Source: Hyphomicrobiales bacterium
Lineage (GTDB): Bacteria; Pseudomonadota; Alphaproteobacteria; Rhizobiales; Beijerinckiaceae
Assembly (NCBI GenBank): GCA_028869185.1
Contig: JAGWTA010000008.1
Coordinates: 13,601 to 77,600 of the forward strand
DNA: 64,000 nucleotides
Reading direction: 5' to 3'
The notes below the pieces were generated by a model. It was not told where the DNA came from and did not search any database. It saw nothing but the letters and a program-made list of their open reading frames with translations. This document shows, piece by piece, positions 10,062 through 18,985 of the stretch (position 1 is the first letter of the stretch; the number at the start of each line of letters is the position of its first letter). The position numbers and the translations under genes were made by a program.

Positions 10062-10091
10062 TTGTCTTTTAGACAACTATTTGTCTATAAT
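10062..10091. promoter_or_regulatory. candidate operator/promoter: three TTGTCT/AGACAA half-sites overlapping a perfect TATAAT
   Basis: Half-sites are TTGTCT (10062-67), AGACAA (10071-76) and TTGTCT (10081-86). They form two overlapping palindromes. TATAAT lies at 10086-10091, 18 nt downstream of the first TTGTCT. The site sits between the divergent IclR gene and the monooxygenase gene. Confidence 0.5.
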
Positions 10092-10118
10092 AAAACCAGC
10101 AATAGCGAGGATTGCGGC

Positions 10119-11255
10119 ATGCGCATCTGCGTCATCGGCGGCGGGCCCGCCGGTCTCTATCTCGGAACCCTGTGGAAGCTCCGCCATCCCGACGATGTCG
10201 TCGAACTGTTCGAGCAGAACGCTTCCGACGTCACATGGGGGTTCGGCGTCGTTTTTTCGGATCGCGCCCTGGAGTTTCTGCGCGCGGACGATGCGCAGAC
10301 CGTCGATCTGATCGCCTCGCGCATGCAAACCTGGCGCGACATGACGCTGGTGCATCGCGGCGAGAAGATCACGATCGATGGCGTGGGCTTCTCCGCCATT
10401 GGCCGCCTCGATTTGCTGACGCTTCTACTGCAGAGAGCGCGCGAAGTCGGCGTCATTCTGCATCATCGCACAGCCATCAAATCGCTTGATCAACTGCCGC
10501 AAGCAGATCTCATCGTCGGCGCCGATGGGCTCAATTCGCTCGTGCGCCGGTCGTTCGAAGCCGATTTCGGCGCGTCCCTGTCCTATCTCGACAACAAATT
10601 CGTCTGGTACGGCACCACAAAGCCTTTCGACACACTGACGCAAACCTTCGTCGACACGCCCTGGGGGCCGTTCAACGCGCATCATTATCGCTATGCGCCC
10701 GGCATGAGCACCTTCATCATCGAATGCGCGCGCGCAACCTGGATCAATGCCGGCTTCGATACGATGAGCGAAGAACAGTCTCGTCAGCGTTGCGAACAAA
10801 TTTTTGCACAAGCGCTGGACGGCCATCCGCTCGTCGGCAATCATTCGCTGTGGCGCAATTTCCCGAAACTGTGGTGTTCGCGCTGGACATGGCGCAACAT
10901 GGCGCTGGTCGGCGACGCTGTGCACACCGCCCATTTCTCGATCGGCTCAGGGACGCGCCTTGCGTTGGAAGACGTGATCGCTCTGGTGAAAGCGCTGGAA
11001 GGCCATCCCGGCGACACGCGCGCCGCTCTTGCCGCCTATGACGCGGCCCGCCGGCCCATCGCCGCGAAAATCGTCGAGGCTGCGCTGACAAGCGCGCGTT
11101 GGTATGAAAATTTCGGCGAGCATATGAAGCTTGAGCCCGCCGATTTCGGCATGAGCTACATCACGCGTTCGGGCCGCATCGACCCTGACAAGCTCAAGGC
11201 CATGGCGCCGCGCTTTGTCGCCGCTTACGACGCAGCAAAAGGACTGCCGCGATGA
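10119..11255 (+). CDS. class A FAD-dependent monooxygenase (aryl-CoA hydroxylase-like, stand-alone)
   Basis: It has the motifs MRICVIGGGPAGL (GxGxxG), LIVGADGLNSLVRR (DG motif) and GDAVHTAHFSIGSGTRLALEDV (GD motif). Start placed at the ATG at 10119. The ORF-track 622-aa ORF is an artefactual upstream extension running antisense through iclR. Confidence 0.85.
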   Translation: MRICVIGGGPAGLYLGTLWKLRHPDDVVELFEQNASDVTWGFGVVFSDRALEFLRADDAQTVDLIASRMQTWRDMTLVHRGEKITIDGVGFSAIGRLDLLTLLLQRAREVGVILHHRTAIKSLDQLPQADLIVGADGLNSLVRRSFEADFGASLSYLDNKFVWYGTTKPFDTLTQTFVDTPWGPFNAHHYRYAPGMSTFIIECARATWINAGFDTMSEEQSRQRCEQIFAQALDGHPLVGNHSLWRNFPKLWCSRWTWRNMALVGDAVHTAHFSIGSGTRLALEDVIALVKALEGHPGDTRAALAAYDAARRPIAAKIVEAALTSARWYENFGEHMKLEPADFGMSYITRSGRIDPDKLKAMAPRFVAAYDAAKGLPR

Positions 11256-12889
11256 GCGCGCCGATCATTGACCCTCTGCGCGACGACGACGAAACCGCGC
11301 TGGAAATCGGCTTCGCGTTGCCGGAGCGCTACAACGCCAGCTCAATCCTCTTCGACAACCTCGCGCGCGGCAATGGCGCACGCGCCGCGCTGCACACACG
11401 GCGCGGGGCGACAACTTATGCGATGCTGTGCGAACAGGCGGCGCGCTATGCCCAGGCATTTTCCAGCGCCGGTATGCAACGTGGCGACCGGATCATGCTG
11501 GTTCTGGACGATACGCCCACATATCCGGCGGCATTTTTCGGCGCGCTCCGCGCCGGCTGCGTTCCGATGCTCATCAACACGCAATCGACGCCCGATCTCA
11601 TCAGATTTTATCTGCAGGATTCAGGGGCAAGGGCGGCTGTTGTGGACGCCGATTTCATGCCGCTGTTCGACGACGCAACGATCGCGGAGACAGCGCTCGA
11701 AATCATCATTGCCGCGGACGCGCGCAATCCCTCGCTGGGCGCCGTGAAAATCGTCGGCGCCGAAAATTTTCTCGCGCCGTTCGCAGGTCTTGGAGAGGCC
11801 GCCGATACGCATCGCAACGACATGGCGTTCTGGATGTATTCATCCGGGTCGACAGGGCGGCCCAAGGGCGTGGTGCATTTGCAGCACGATATGGCCTACG
11901 CCGCCCAGAGCTATGCTCGGCATATTCTGAAGGCGACCAGGAACGACATTTTTTTCTCGGTTCCTAAAATCTTTTTCGCTTACGGTCTCGGCAACACGCT
12001 GACTTTCCCGTTCGCCGTCGGCGCATCGAGCATTCTGCTGGCCGGCCGCCCGGAACCGCAATCGATTTTCGAGCATATCGCACGCCACAAGCCGACGATT
12101 TTTTTCGGCTTGCCGACGCTCTACACCGCGTTGGCGCATGCTCCGCACATCGCAGATGCGCACCTTTCGTCGATACGACTCTACATATCAGCCGCTGAAG
12201 TTCTGGCGGACGAAATAGCGGCGGCGTGGAAGGCGCTGACCGGGCGTGAGATCGTCGAGGGGCTCGGCTCCACCGAGATGACGCATATCTATCTCTCGAA
12301 CAGCGAGGGTGAAAAGCGCGCAGGCTCGGCCGGTCGTCGCGTGCCTGGCTATGCGCTGAAAATCACGGACAGCAATGGCGCCCCTGTGGCGCCTGGCCAA
12401 GAAGGCGTCTTGTGGATCAAGGGCCATTCGTCAGCGCCATGCTATTGGCGACGACCCGACAAGACGGCCGAAACCATGCGCGGCGAATGGCTATGGACGG
12501 GTGATCGTTTCGTCTGCGACGCAGACGGATTTCACTATTTCCGTGGGCGCGCCGATGACCTTGTGAAGGTTTCAGGACAATGGGTCTATCCGCTGGAAGT
12601 GGAACTGTGTCTGGCGAACCATCCCGCGGTGCGCGAATGTGCGGTTCTCGCGCATGAGCTGGAAGACCGCCGTATGACGTTGCGCTCGTTCGTCGTTCTG
12701 AAGAAGGAAGCGCCGCCAGCCAGCGCCCGCCAGTTGCAGGATTACGTCAAGCAAAAGCTGGTCGCCTATAAATATCCGCGCATTGTCGAATTCATGACCG
12801 AGCTGCCGAAAACGGGCACCGGCAAGATCGACAGGCGAAAGCTTGCGGAGCGACCTGTCGAGGGAAACCGGCAAGCGAAGCCGTCGTGA
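11252..12889 (+). CDS. benzoate-CoA ligase family (aryl-carboxylate:CoA ligase, AMP-forming)
   Basis: AMP-binding motif YSSGSTGRPKGVVH and KIFFAYGLGN, typical of benzoate / 4-hydroxybenzoate / 2-aminobenzoate-CoA ligases. The start overlaps the monooxygenase stop (ATGA). Confidence 0.85.
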   Translation: MSAPIIDPLRDDDETALEIGFALPERYNASSILFDNLARGNGARAALHTRRGATTYAMLCEQAARYAQAFSSAGMQRGDRIMLVLDDTPTYPAAFFGALRAGCVPMLINTQSTPDLIRFYLQDSGARAAVVDADFMPLFDDATIAETALEIIIAADARNPSLGAVKIVGAENFLAPFAGLGEAADTHRNDMAFWMYSSGSTGRPKGVVHLQHDMAYAAQSYARHILKATRNDIFFSVPKIFFAYGLGNTLTFPFAVGASSILLAGRPEPQSIFEHIARHKPTIFFGLPTLYTALAHAPHIADAHLSSIRLYISAAEVLADEIAAAWKALTGREIVEGLGSTEMTHIYLSNSEGEKRAGSAGRRVPGYALKITDSNGAPVAPGQEGVLWIKGHSSAPCYWRRPDKTAETMRGEWLWTGDRFVCDADGFHYFRGRADDLVKVSGQWVYPLEVELCLANHPAVRECAVLAHELEDRRMTLRSFVVLKKEAPPASARQLQDYVKQKLVAYKYPRIVEFMTELPKTGTGKIDRRKLAERPVEGNRQAKPS

Positions 12890-12955
12890 CAGCGCCCGGG
12901 GATTGAGCCAAGTGCGACGATGCCCTAGCGTTGCGCGTGAAAGTCGCGCCCATCC

Positions 12956-13867
12956 GTGAAGCCTTATATCTACCTCGACGCGCTTGCGCGTGAAAAGCAC
13001 TTCCGCCGGGCGGCGGAGGCCTGCAATGTGTCGCAGCCCGCGCTTTCGACAGCTGTGGCGCAGCTCGAGGCCGAACTCGGCGTGCCGATCGTCAAGCGGG
13101 GTCGCCAGTTCATCGGATTCACCGAAGAAGGCGAAGTTGTGCTCGCCCATGCGCGTCGGATTTTGGCTGAACAGCAAGCAATGCTGGAAGGCGTTGCGGA
13201 AGCGCGGCAAGGACTGCGCGGAACGCTGCGCATCGGCGCAATTCCCGCAGCGCTGCCGTTGATCGCGCATATCACCGCGCCATTTTCGAAGCGCTATCCG
13301 GCCGTTCGCCTGACCATTCTCTCGCTCACCTCGCAGGACATTCAGCGTCGTCTTGAAAATTTCGAGATCGACATCGGCGTAACCTACCTCGATAACGAAC
13401 CTCTCGCGCACGTGAAGCCAAAGCCGATCTTTCACGAAAGTTACGGCGTGCTGCTGCGCGCGGATGCGCCTGCGGCGAAACGAAAAAGCATGACGTGGTC
13501 TCAGGCCGCGCAGTTGAAACTGTGCCTGCTGACCCCCGACATGCAGAACCGGCGCATCATCGACGGCGTGTTCCGCTCCGTCGGCGTTGCGCCGACCCCA
13601 GCAATCGAGACCAATTCCATATTCAACCTGTGTACGCACGCCGCAATTCCAGGCGTCGCGTCCATCGTCTCGCGGCAACTGATTGAATTTTTCGGTCTGC
13701 AGACAGGTGTTGTCTGGCGCCCGCTGCTTGAGCCGGTCGTCACCCGCACGCTCGGGCTGATCGTCGCCGATCGTGAGCCGACGCCCCCGCTCGCCCGCGC
13801 GCTGATCGCGCTGACCAGGTTTATTGACGAGACCCGGCTTGGCCGCGATCCCCTTGCCAAACCATAA
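12956..13867 (+). CDS. LysR-family transcriptional regulator (possible FdsR-like regulator of the fds operon)
   Basis: HTH HFRRAAEACNVSQPALSTAVAQLEAELGVPIV with a GTG start. It lies directly upstream of fdsG. The functional link is an inference from position only. Confidence 0.85.
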   Translation: MKPYIYLDALAREKHFRRAAEACNVSQPALSTAVAQLEAELGVPIVKRGRQFIGFTEEGEVVLAHARRILAEQQAMLEGVAEARQGLRGTLRIGAIPAALPLIAHITAPFSKRYPAVRLTILSLTSQDIQRRLENFEIDIGVTYLDNEPLAHVKPKPIFHESYGVLLRADAPAAKRKSMTWSQAAQLKLCLLTPDMQNRRIIDGVFRSVGVAPTPAIETNSIFNLCTHAAIPGVASIVSRQLIEFFGLQTGVVWRPLLEPVVTRTLGLIVADREPTPPLARALIALTRFIDETRLGRDPLAKP

Positions 13868-13936
13868 ATTGTTGAACGTCGTCGCGCCGCCATAATATGG
13901 ACAACACATTGTTTTATAAATGAATATCGTGTTTTT

Positions 13937-13953
13937 GATAAATATTTTTTATC
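13937..13953. promoter_or_regulatory. inverted repeat GATAAA-N5-TTTATC in the AT-rich fds promoter region (candidate LysR-type site)
   Basis: GATAAATATTTTTTATC is a perfect 6-bp inverted repeat. It lies inside the only strongly AT-rich stretch between lysR and fdsG. Confidence 0.35.
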
Positions 13954-14035
13954 GTGCCTTCGAAACAATCGATTGGCGTCCGCTCGCGGCTCGGTGAAAC
14001 TGACGCAAAATACAAATGACCTTGAGGGAGGAGAC

Positions 14036-14545
14036 ATGGGCGCTTTCGATGCTCAGGCCGCCAAAGCGATCATTGCGGAGCATGCGCATCTCGATGGCGC
14101 CATGCTGCCCGTGCTTCACGCGCTCCAGCATGCGTTCGGGTATATCGACGACGCCTGCGTCCCACTGATCGCCGACGCGCTGAACCTGTCTCGCGCGGAA
14201 GTTCATGGAACCATCGCCTTCTATCACGACTTCCGCGCGGCGCCCGCCGGCCGTCGCATCATCAAGATTTGCCGCGCGGAAGCATGTCAGGCGAACGGAT
14301 GCGAGGAATTGCTCGCCGAATTGAAATCCCGCCGCGGCCTGACCGCCGACAGCGCCAGCGGCGACCGACTGTCGATCGAAACGGTTTATTGTCTCGGCAA
14401 TTGCGCGCTCGGACCTGCGGCGCTCGTCGATGGCGAACTCGTGGGTCGGCTGACGAGCGATGAGCTTGCAAGGCTCTGCGACGGCGCCAGCGTCGAACAG
14501 GCGCAAATCGCCGCCGGACGCAAAATGACGGGAGAAACCGCGTGA
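14036..14545 (+). CDS. fdsG: NAD-dependent formate dehydrogenase gamma subunit (NuoE-like 2Fe-2S)
   Basis: NuoE-type cysteines (CRAEACQANGC ... CLGNCALGP). ATG at 14036 is preceded by GAGGGAGGAG. The stop overlaps the fdsB GTG. Confidence 0.9.
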   Translation: MGAFDAQAAKAIIAEHAHLDGAMLPVLHALQHAFGYIDDACVPLIADALNLSRAEVHGTIAFYHDFRAAPAGRRIIKICRAEACQANGCEELLAELKSRRGLTADSASGDRLSIETVYCLGNCALGPAALVDGELVGRLTSDELARLCDGASVEQAQIAAGRKMTGETA

Positions 14546-16101
14546 GCAGGATTCGCGTTTACATCCCGAAAGACGCCGCCGCGCTGTCGGTCGGCGCCGA
14601 CGCGGTTGCCGCGGCGATCAAGAACGAAGCGCAAAAGCGCGCCATTCCCGTTGAAATAATCCGCACGGGTTCGCGCGGCATGCTCTGGCTTGAGCCGCTG
14701 GTCGAAGTCGCGACTGCGCGCGGCCGCATCGCCTATGGTCCGATCACACCCGACGATGTCCACTCGCTGTTCGACGCCGACTTTCTGCACGGCGGCGCGC
14801 ATGAGCGCACGCACGGCCACGTCGAGGAAATGGATTGGATGAAGCGGCAAGCCCGCGTCACCTTCGCACGCGTCGGCGTTATCGCGCCCACATCGCTCGA
14901 TGATTATCGACAGCATGGCGGGCTGAAGGGCCTCGAACGCGCAATTGCAAGGGATGGCGCCGCTATTGTCGAAGACGTGCGCAAATCCGGTTTGCGCGGC
15001 CGCGGCGGCGCGGGTTTTCCGGTCGGCATAAAGTGGAAGACCGTTCTGGACGCTCAAGCGGATCAGAAATACATCGTCTGCAACGCCGATGAAGGCGACA
15101 GCGGGACATTCGCAGACCGCATGCTGATGGAAGGCGATCCCTTCCTGCTGATCGAAGGCATGATCATCGCGGGATTGGCTGTCGGCGCGACCAAGGGCTT
15201 CATCTATATCCGTTCGGAATATCCGCATGCCTTCCGCACGATGTGCGAAGCGATCGCGCAGGCCGAAATTTCGGGCGTTCTGGGTCGTTCGGTTTTGGGC
15301 GACGCCCGCGGTTTTGCGCTGGAGGCGCGCCTTGGCGCTGGCGCTTATATCTGCGGCGAAGAAACGTCCTTGCTTGAAAGCCTTGAAGGCAAACGCGGCA
15401 TCGTTCGCGCCAAGCCGCCATTGCCTGCGCTGCACGGGCTGTTCGGCAAGCCGACAATCGTCAACAATGTCCTGTCATTTGCCGCAGTTCCCTCCATCAT
15501 GGCGGACGGCCCGCAAGCTTACGCCGATTACGGCGTCGATCGTTCGCGCGGCACGTTGCCCTTCCAGATTGCCGGCAATATTGCGCGCGGCGGCCTTGTC
15601 GAACTGCCCTTCGGCGCGACGTTGCGCACGCTCATCGAGAAATTCGGCGCCGGAACCCGTTCGGGGCGGCCCATTCGAGCGGTGCAGGTCGGCGGCCCGC
15701 TCGGCGCCTATATTCCCGAAAGCCAGCTGGATACGCCGCTCGACTACGAAGCCTTCGCCGCAATTGGCGCGATGCTCGGCCACGGCGGCGTTGTCGTCTT
15801 CGACGAAACCGTCGATATGGCGAAGCAGGCGCGTTTCGCATTCGATTTTTGCGCAAAGGAGAGCTGCGGCAAGTGCACGCCGTGCCGCATTGGCGCAGTT
15901 CGCGGCGTCGAAACAATCGACCGCATCGTCGCTGGGATCGATCGCGACAAAAACTTCGTCGTGCTCGATGATCTGAATAAACTCATGCTGGACGCTTCGC
16001 TTTGCGCGATGGGCGGCTTGACGCCAATGCCCGTGATGAGCGCGCTCCGGCACTTCCGCGAAGATTTCAACCGCGCGCCGCAAGCGCAGGCAGCCGAATA
16101 G
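14542..16101 (+). CDS. fdsB: NAD-dependent formate dehydrogenase beta subunit (NuoF-like, FMN/NAD, 4Fe-4S)
   Basis: GLRGRGGAGFPVGIKW (FMN site) and ESCGKCTPCR (4Fe-4S). 519 aa. Confidence 0.92.
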   Translation: MSRIRVYIPKDAAALSVGADAVAAAIKNEAQKRAIPVEIIRTGSRGMLWLEPLVEVATARGRIAYGPITPDDVHSLFDADFLHGGAHERTHGHVEEMDWMKRQARVTFARVGVIAPTSLDDYRQHGGLKGLERAIARDGAAIVEDVRKSGLRGRGGAGFPVGIKWKTVLDAQADQKYIVCNADEGDSGTFADRMLMEGDPFLLIEGMIIAGLAVGATKGFIYIRSEYPHAFRTMCEAIAQAEISGVLGRSVLGDARGFALEARLGAGAYICGEETSLLESLEGKRGIVRAKPPLPALHGLFGKPTIVNNVLSFAAVPSIMADGPQAYADYGVDRSRGTLPFQIAGNIARGGLVELPFGATLRTLIEKFGAGTRSGRPIRAVQVGGPLGAYIPESQLDTPLDYEAFAAIGAMLGHGGVVVFDETVDMAKQARFAFDFCAKESCGKCTPCRIGAVRGVETIDRIVAGIDRDKNFVVLDDLNKLMLDASLCAMGGLTPMPVMSALRHFREDFNRAPQAQAAE

Positions 16102-16111
16102 GAGCGCGCCC

Positions 16112-18985
16112 GTGATCCATGACGCCGCAACCCAAACCCCGCGACTGATCAAGGAAACCGATTACGGAACGCCGCTGGGAACGGCGTCCGAAATGGTGAC
16201 GCTGACGATCGACGGCGCGCCCGTTACAGTTCCCCGGGGAACCTCGATCATGGCCGCAGCAATGGCGATGGGGACGCAAATCCCCAAGCTTTGCGCGACT
16301 GATTCTCTCGAACCATTCGGCTCTTGCCGGCTCTGTCTCGTCGAGATCGAAGGCCGACGTGGAACGCCTGCCTCCTGCACGACGCCGGCGGAAAACGGTC
16401 TCGTGGTGCGCACGCAGACCCCGCGCCTTGCAGCGCTGCGCAAGGGCGTGATGGAGCTGTACATTTCCGATCACCCACTCGATTGCCTGACATGTGCAGC
16501 CAATGGTGATTGCGAGTTGCAGGATATGGCTGGCGCCGTCGGTTTGCGCGATGTTCGTTACGGCTATAGCGGCGCAAACCACCTTGCGGACGCCAAGGAT
16601 CAATCGAACCCGTATTTCACGTACGATCCCGCAAAATGCATCGTCTGCTATCGTTGCGTGCGCGCATGCGAGGAGGTTCAGGGGACATTCGCTTTGACGG
16701 TCGCCGGCCGCGGCTTTGACTCGCGCATAGCGCCCGGCCCAACCGATTTTCTCGGCTCGGAATGCGTTTCCTGCGGCGCCTGCGTGCAGGCCTGCCCAAC
16801 CGCGACCTTGATCGAGAACACCATCATCGACCACGGACAGCCCGACCATTCGCGCGTGACGACCTGCGCCTATTGCGGCGTCGGCTGCTCGTTCAAAGCT
16901 GAAATGCAGGGCGACAAGGTCGTGCGCCTGACGCCCTACAAACACGGCGCGGCGAATGAAGGGCATTCCTGCGTGAAGGGCCGCTTTGCATGGGGTTACG
17001 CCATGCACAAGGATCGCATGACGAAGCCGATGATCCGGGCGAAGATCACCGATCCCTGGCAAGAAGTGAGCTGGGACGAAGCGATCGCCCACGCAGCGCG
17101 CGAAATCAAGCGAATCCAGGCCCAGTACGGTCGCGACAGCGTGGGCGCAATCACCTCTTCACGCTGCACGAACGAAGAAGTTTTCGTGATCCAGAAGCTG
17201 GTGCGCGCCGGTTTCGGCAACAATAACGTCGACACTTGCGCGCGCGTTTGTCATTCGCCGACAGGATATGGGCTCAAGACCACGCTTGGCACTTCTGCCG
17301 GGACGCAGGATTTCAAATCGGTCGACCAGTCCGATGTTATTCTCATCATCGGAGCCAATCCGACAGACGCTCATCCCGTTTTCGCCTCTCGCATGAAAAA
17401 GAGGCTGCGCGCCGGCGCGAAGCTGATCGTCGCCGACCCGCGCAAGATTGAACTGATCAAGACGCCGCACATAACGGCCGCATATCACCTGCAACTCGTG
17501 CCGGGGTCCAATGTCGCGCTCGTCAATTCGCTCGCCCATGTCATCGTGACAGAAGGGCTGATCGATGAAGCCTTCGTGCGCGAACGCTGCGACATGAACG
17601 ATTTCGACGCCTGGGCGCGCTTCGTCGCGCTTGAAAAGAACTCGCCCGAAGCGATGGAAAAATATACTGGCGTTCCTGCCGCGGACGTGCGCGGCGCAGC
17701 GCGGCTCTACGCTACGGGCGGCGCTGCGGCGATCTATTACGGGCTAGGCGTCACCGAACACAGCCAGGGCTCGACAACGGTCATGGCGATCGCCAATCTC
17801 GCAATGGCGACAGGCAATATCGGCCGCGCCGGCGTGGGCGTGAATCCGTTGCGCGGCCAGAACAACGTGCAAGGTTCCTGCGATATGGGGTCATTCCCGC
17901 ATGAATTTTCGGGCTACCGCCATGTTTCGGACGATGCCACGCGCGACGTGTTTGAAAACCTGTGGGGCCGCAAGCTCGATAGCGAACCCGGCTTGCGCAT
18001 CACCAATATGCTCGATGAAGCCGTCTACGGGCGCTTCAAGGCCTGTTACATTCAGGGCGAAGACATCGCGCAATCCGACCCCAACACGCAACATGTCACA
18101 GCGGGCCTCGCCGCGATGGAATGCGTGATCGTGCAGGATCTATTCCTGAACGAAACGGCGAAATATGCGCACGTCTTTTTGCCCGGCGCTTCGTTTCTGG
18201 AAAAAGATGGAACCTTCACGAATGCCGAACGGCGCATCAACCGCGTTCGCAAAGTCGTCGAGCCGCTGTCCGGCAAGGACGAGTGGCGGGCGACATGCGA
18301 ACTGGCGAGCGCGCTCGGCTATCCGATGCACTACGACAGCCCGTCGCAGATCATGGACGAAATCGCAAAACTCACGCCCAGTTTCGCCCATGTTTCCTAT
18401 GACCTGCTTGAACAACGCGGCTCAGTCCAATGGCCTTGCAATGCGGCCGCGCCCGATGGCACGCCATTGATGCATGTGCAGGGATTCGTGATCGGCAAAG
18501 GCAAGTTCATGCTCACCGAATTTACGCCGACCGACGAACGAACCGGGCCGCGCTTCCCGCTCATCCTGACAACGGGCCGCATCCTGTCGCAATATAATGT
18601 CGGCGCGCAGACGCGGCGCACGCATAATATCGCCTGGCACGATGAAGACGTGCTCGAAATCCATCCCTTCGACGCAGAAAGCCGCGGCGTGCGCGATGGA
18701 GATCTGGTTTCGCTCGTCAGCCGAACGGGCGAGATTTCGCTACGTGCGCAGATCTCCGAACGCATGCAGCCCGGCGTCGTTTACACCACGTTCCACCACG
18801 CCGACACCGGCGCCAATGTCGTGACAACGGAATTTTCCGACTGGGCGACCAATTGCCCGGAATATAAGGTCACCGCCGTCGAAGTGCGTCGAACGAACCA
18901 ATTCTCGAAATGGCAGGAACGCAACCGCGAGGAAGACGTGAGCCTGCGCCAGGTCGCCTATGCTGAAACCGCTGCCGCAAAGTGA
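16112..18985 (+). CDS. fdsA: NAD-dependent formate dehydrogenase alpha subunit (Mo-bis-PGD, multiple Fe-S)
   Basis: 957 aa. N-terminal 2Fe-2S (CRLCLVEIEG), ferredoxin motifs (CIVCYRCVRAC, CVSCGACVQACP), the molybdopterin-oxidoreductase 4Fe-4S motif (CAYCGVGCSF) and a C-terminal MopB barrel. GTG start with an AGGAG 7 nt upstream. There is no in-frame TGA, so it is the Cys type, not Sec. Confidence 0.95.
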   Translation: MIHDAATQTPRLIKETDYGTPLGTASEMVTLTIDGAPVTVPRGTSIMAAAMAMGTQIPKLCATDSLEPFGSCRLCLVEIEGRRGTPASCTTPAENGLVVRTQTPRLAALRKGVMELYISDHPLDCLTCAANGDCELQDMAGAVGLRDVRYGYSGANHLADAKDQSNPYFTYDPAKCIVCYRCVRACEEVQGTFALTVAGRGFDSRIAPGPTDFLGSECVSCGACVQACPTATLIENTIIDHGQPDHSRVTTCAYCGVGCSFKAEMQGDKVVRLTPYKHGAANEGHSCVKGRFAWGYAMHKDRMTKPMIRAKITDPWQEVSWDEAIAHAAREIKRIQAQYGRDSVGAITSSRCTNEEVFVIQKLVRAGFGNNNVDTCARVCHSPTGYGLKTTLGTSAGTQDFKSVDQSDVILIIGANPTDAHPVFASRMKKRLRAGAKLIVADPRKIELIKTPHITAAYHLQLVPGSNVALVNSLAHVIVTEGLIDEAFVRERCDMNDFDAWARFVALEKNSPEAMEKYTGVPAADVRGAARLYATGGAAAIYYGLGVTEHSQGSTTVMAIANLAMATGNIGRAGVGVNPLRGQNNVQGSCDMGSFPHEFSGYRHVSDDATRDVFENLWGRKLDSEPGLRITNMLDEAVYGRFKACYIQGEDIAQSDPNTQHVTAGLAAMECVIVQDLFLNETAKYAHVFLPGASFLEKDGTFTNAERRINRVRKVVEPLSGKDEWRATCELASALGYPMHYDSPSQIMDEIAKLTPSFAHVSYDLLEQRGSVQWPCNAAAPDGTPLMHVQGFVIGKGKFMLTEFTPTDERTGPRFPLILTTGRILSQYNVGAQTRRTHNIAWHDEDVLEIHPFDAESRGVRDGDLVSLVSRTGEISLRAQISERMQPGVVYTTFHHADTGANVVTTEFSDWATNCPEYKVTAVEVRRTNQFSKWQERNREEDVSLRQVAYAETAAAK

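Noticed and set aside
13868-14035. A Moco (molybdenum cofactor) riboswitch upstream of the molybdoenzyme operon fdsGBACD.
   Set aside because: The region is AT-rich and poorly structured. I cannot find the GC-rich multi-stem architecture expected of the Moco RNA motif. A protein (LysR) operator is the simpler explanation. An Infernal scan would settle it.
16112-18985. Selenocysteine recoding (in-frame TGA plus a SECIS element) in the formate dehydrogenase catalytic subunit.
   Set aside because: The ORF is uninterrupted over 957 codons, which fits the Cys-type NAD-linked FdsA.
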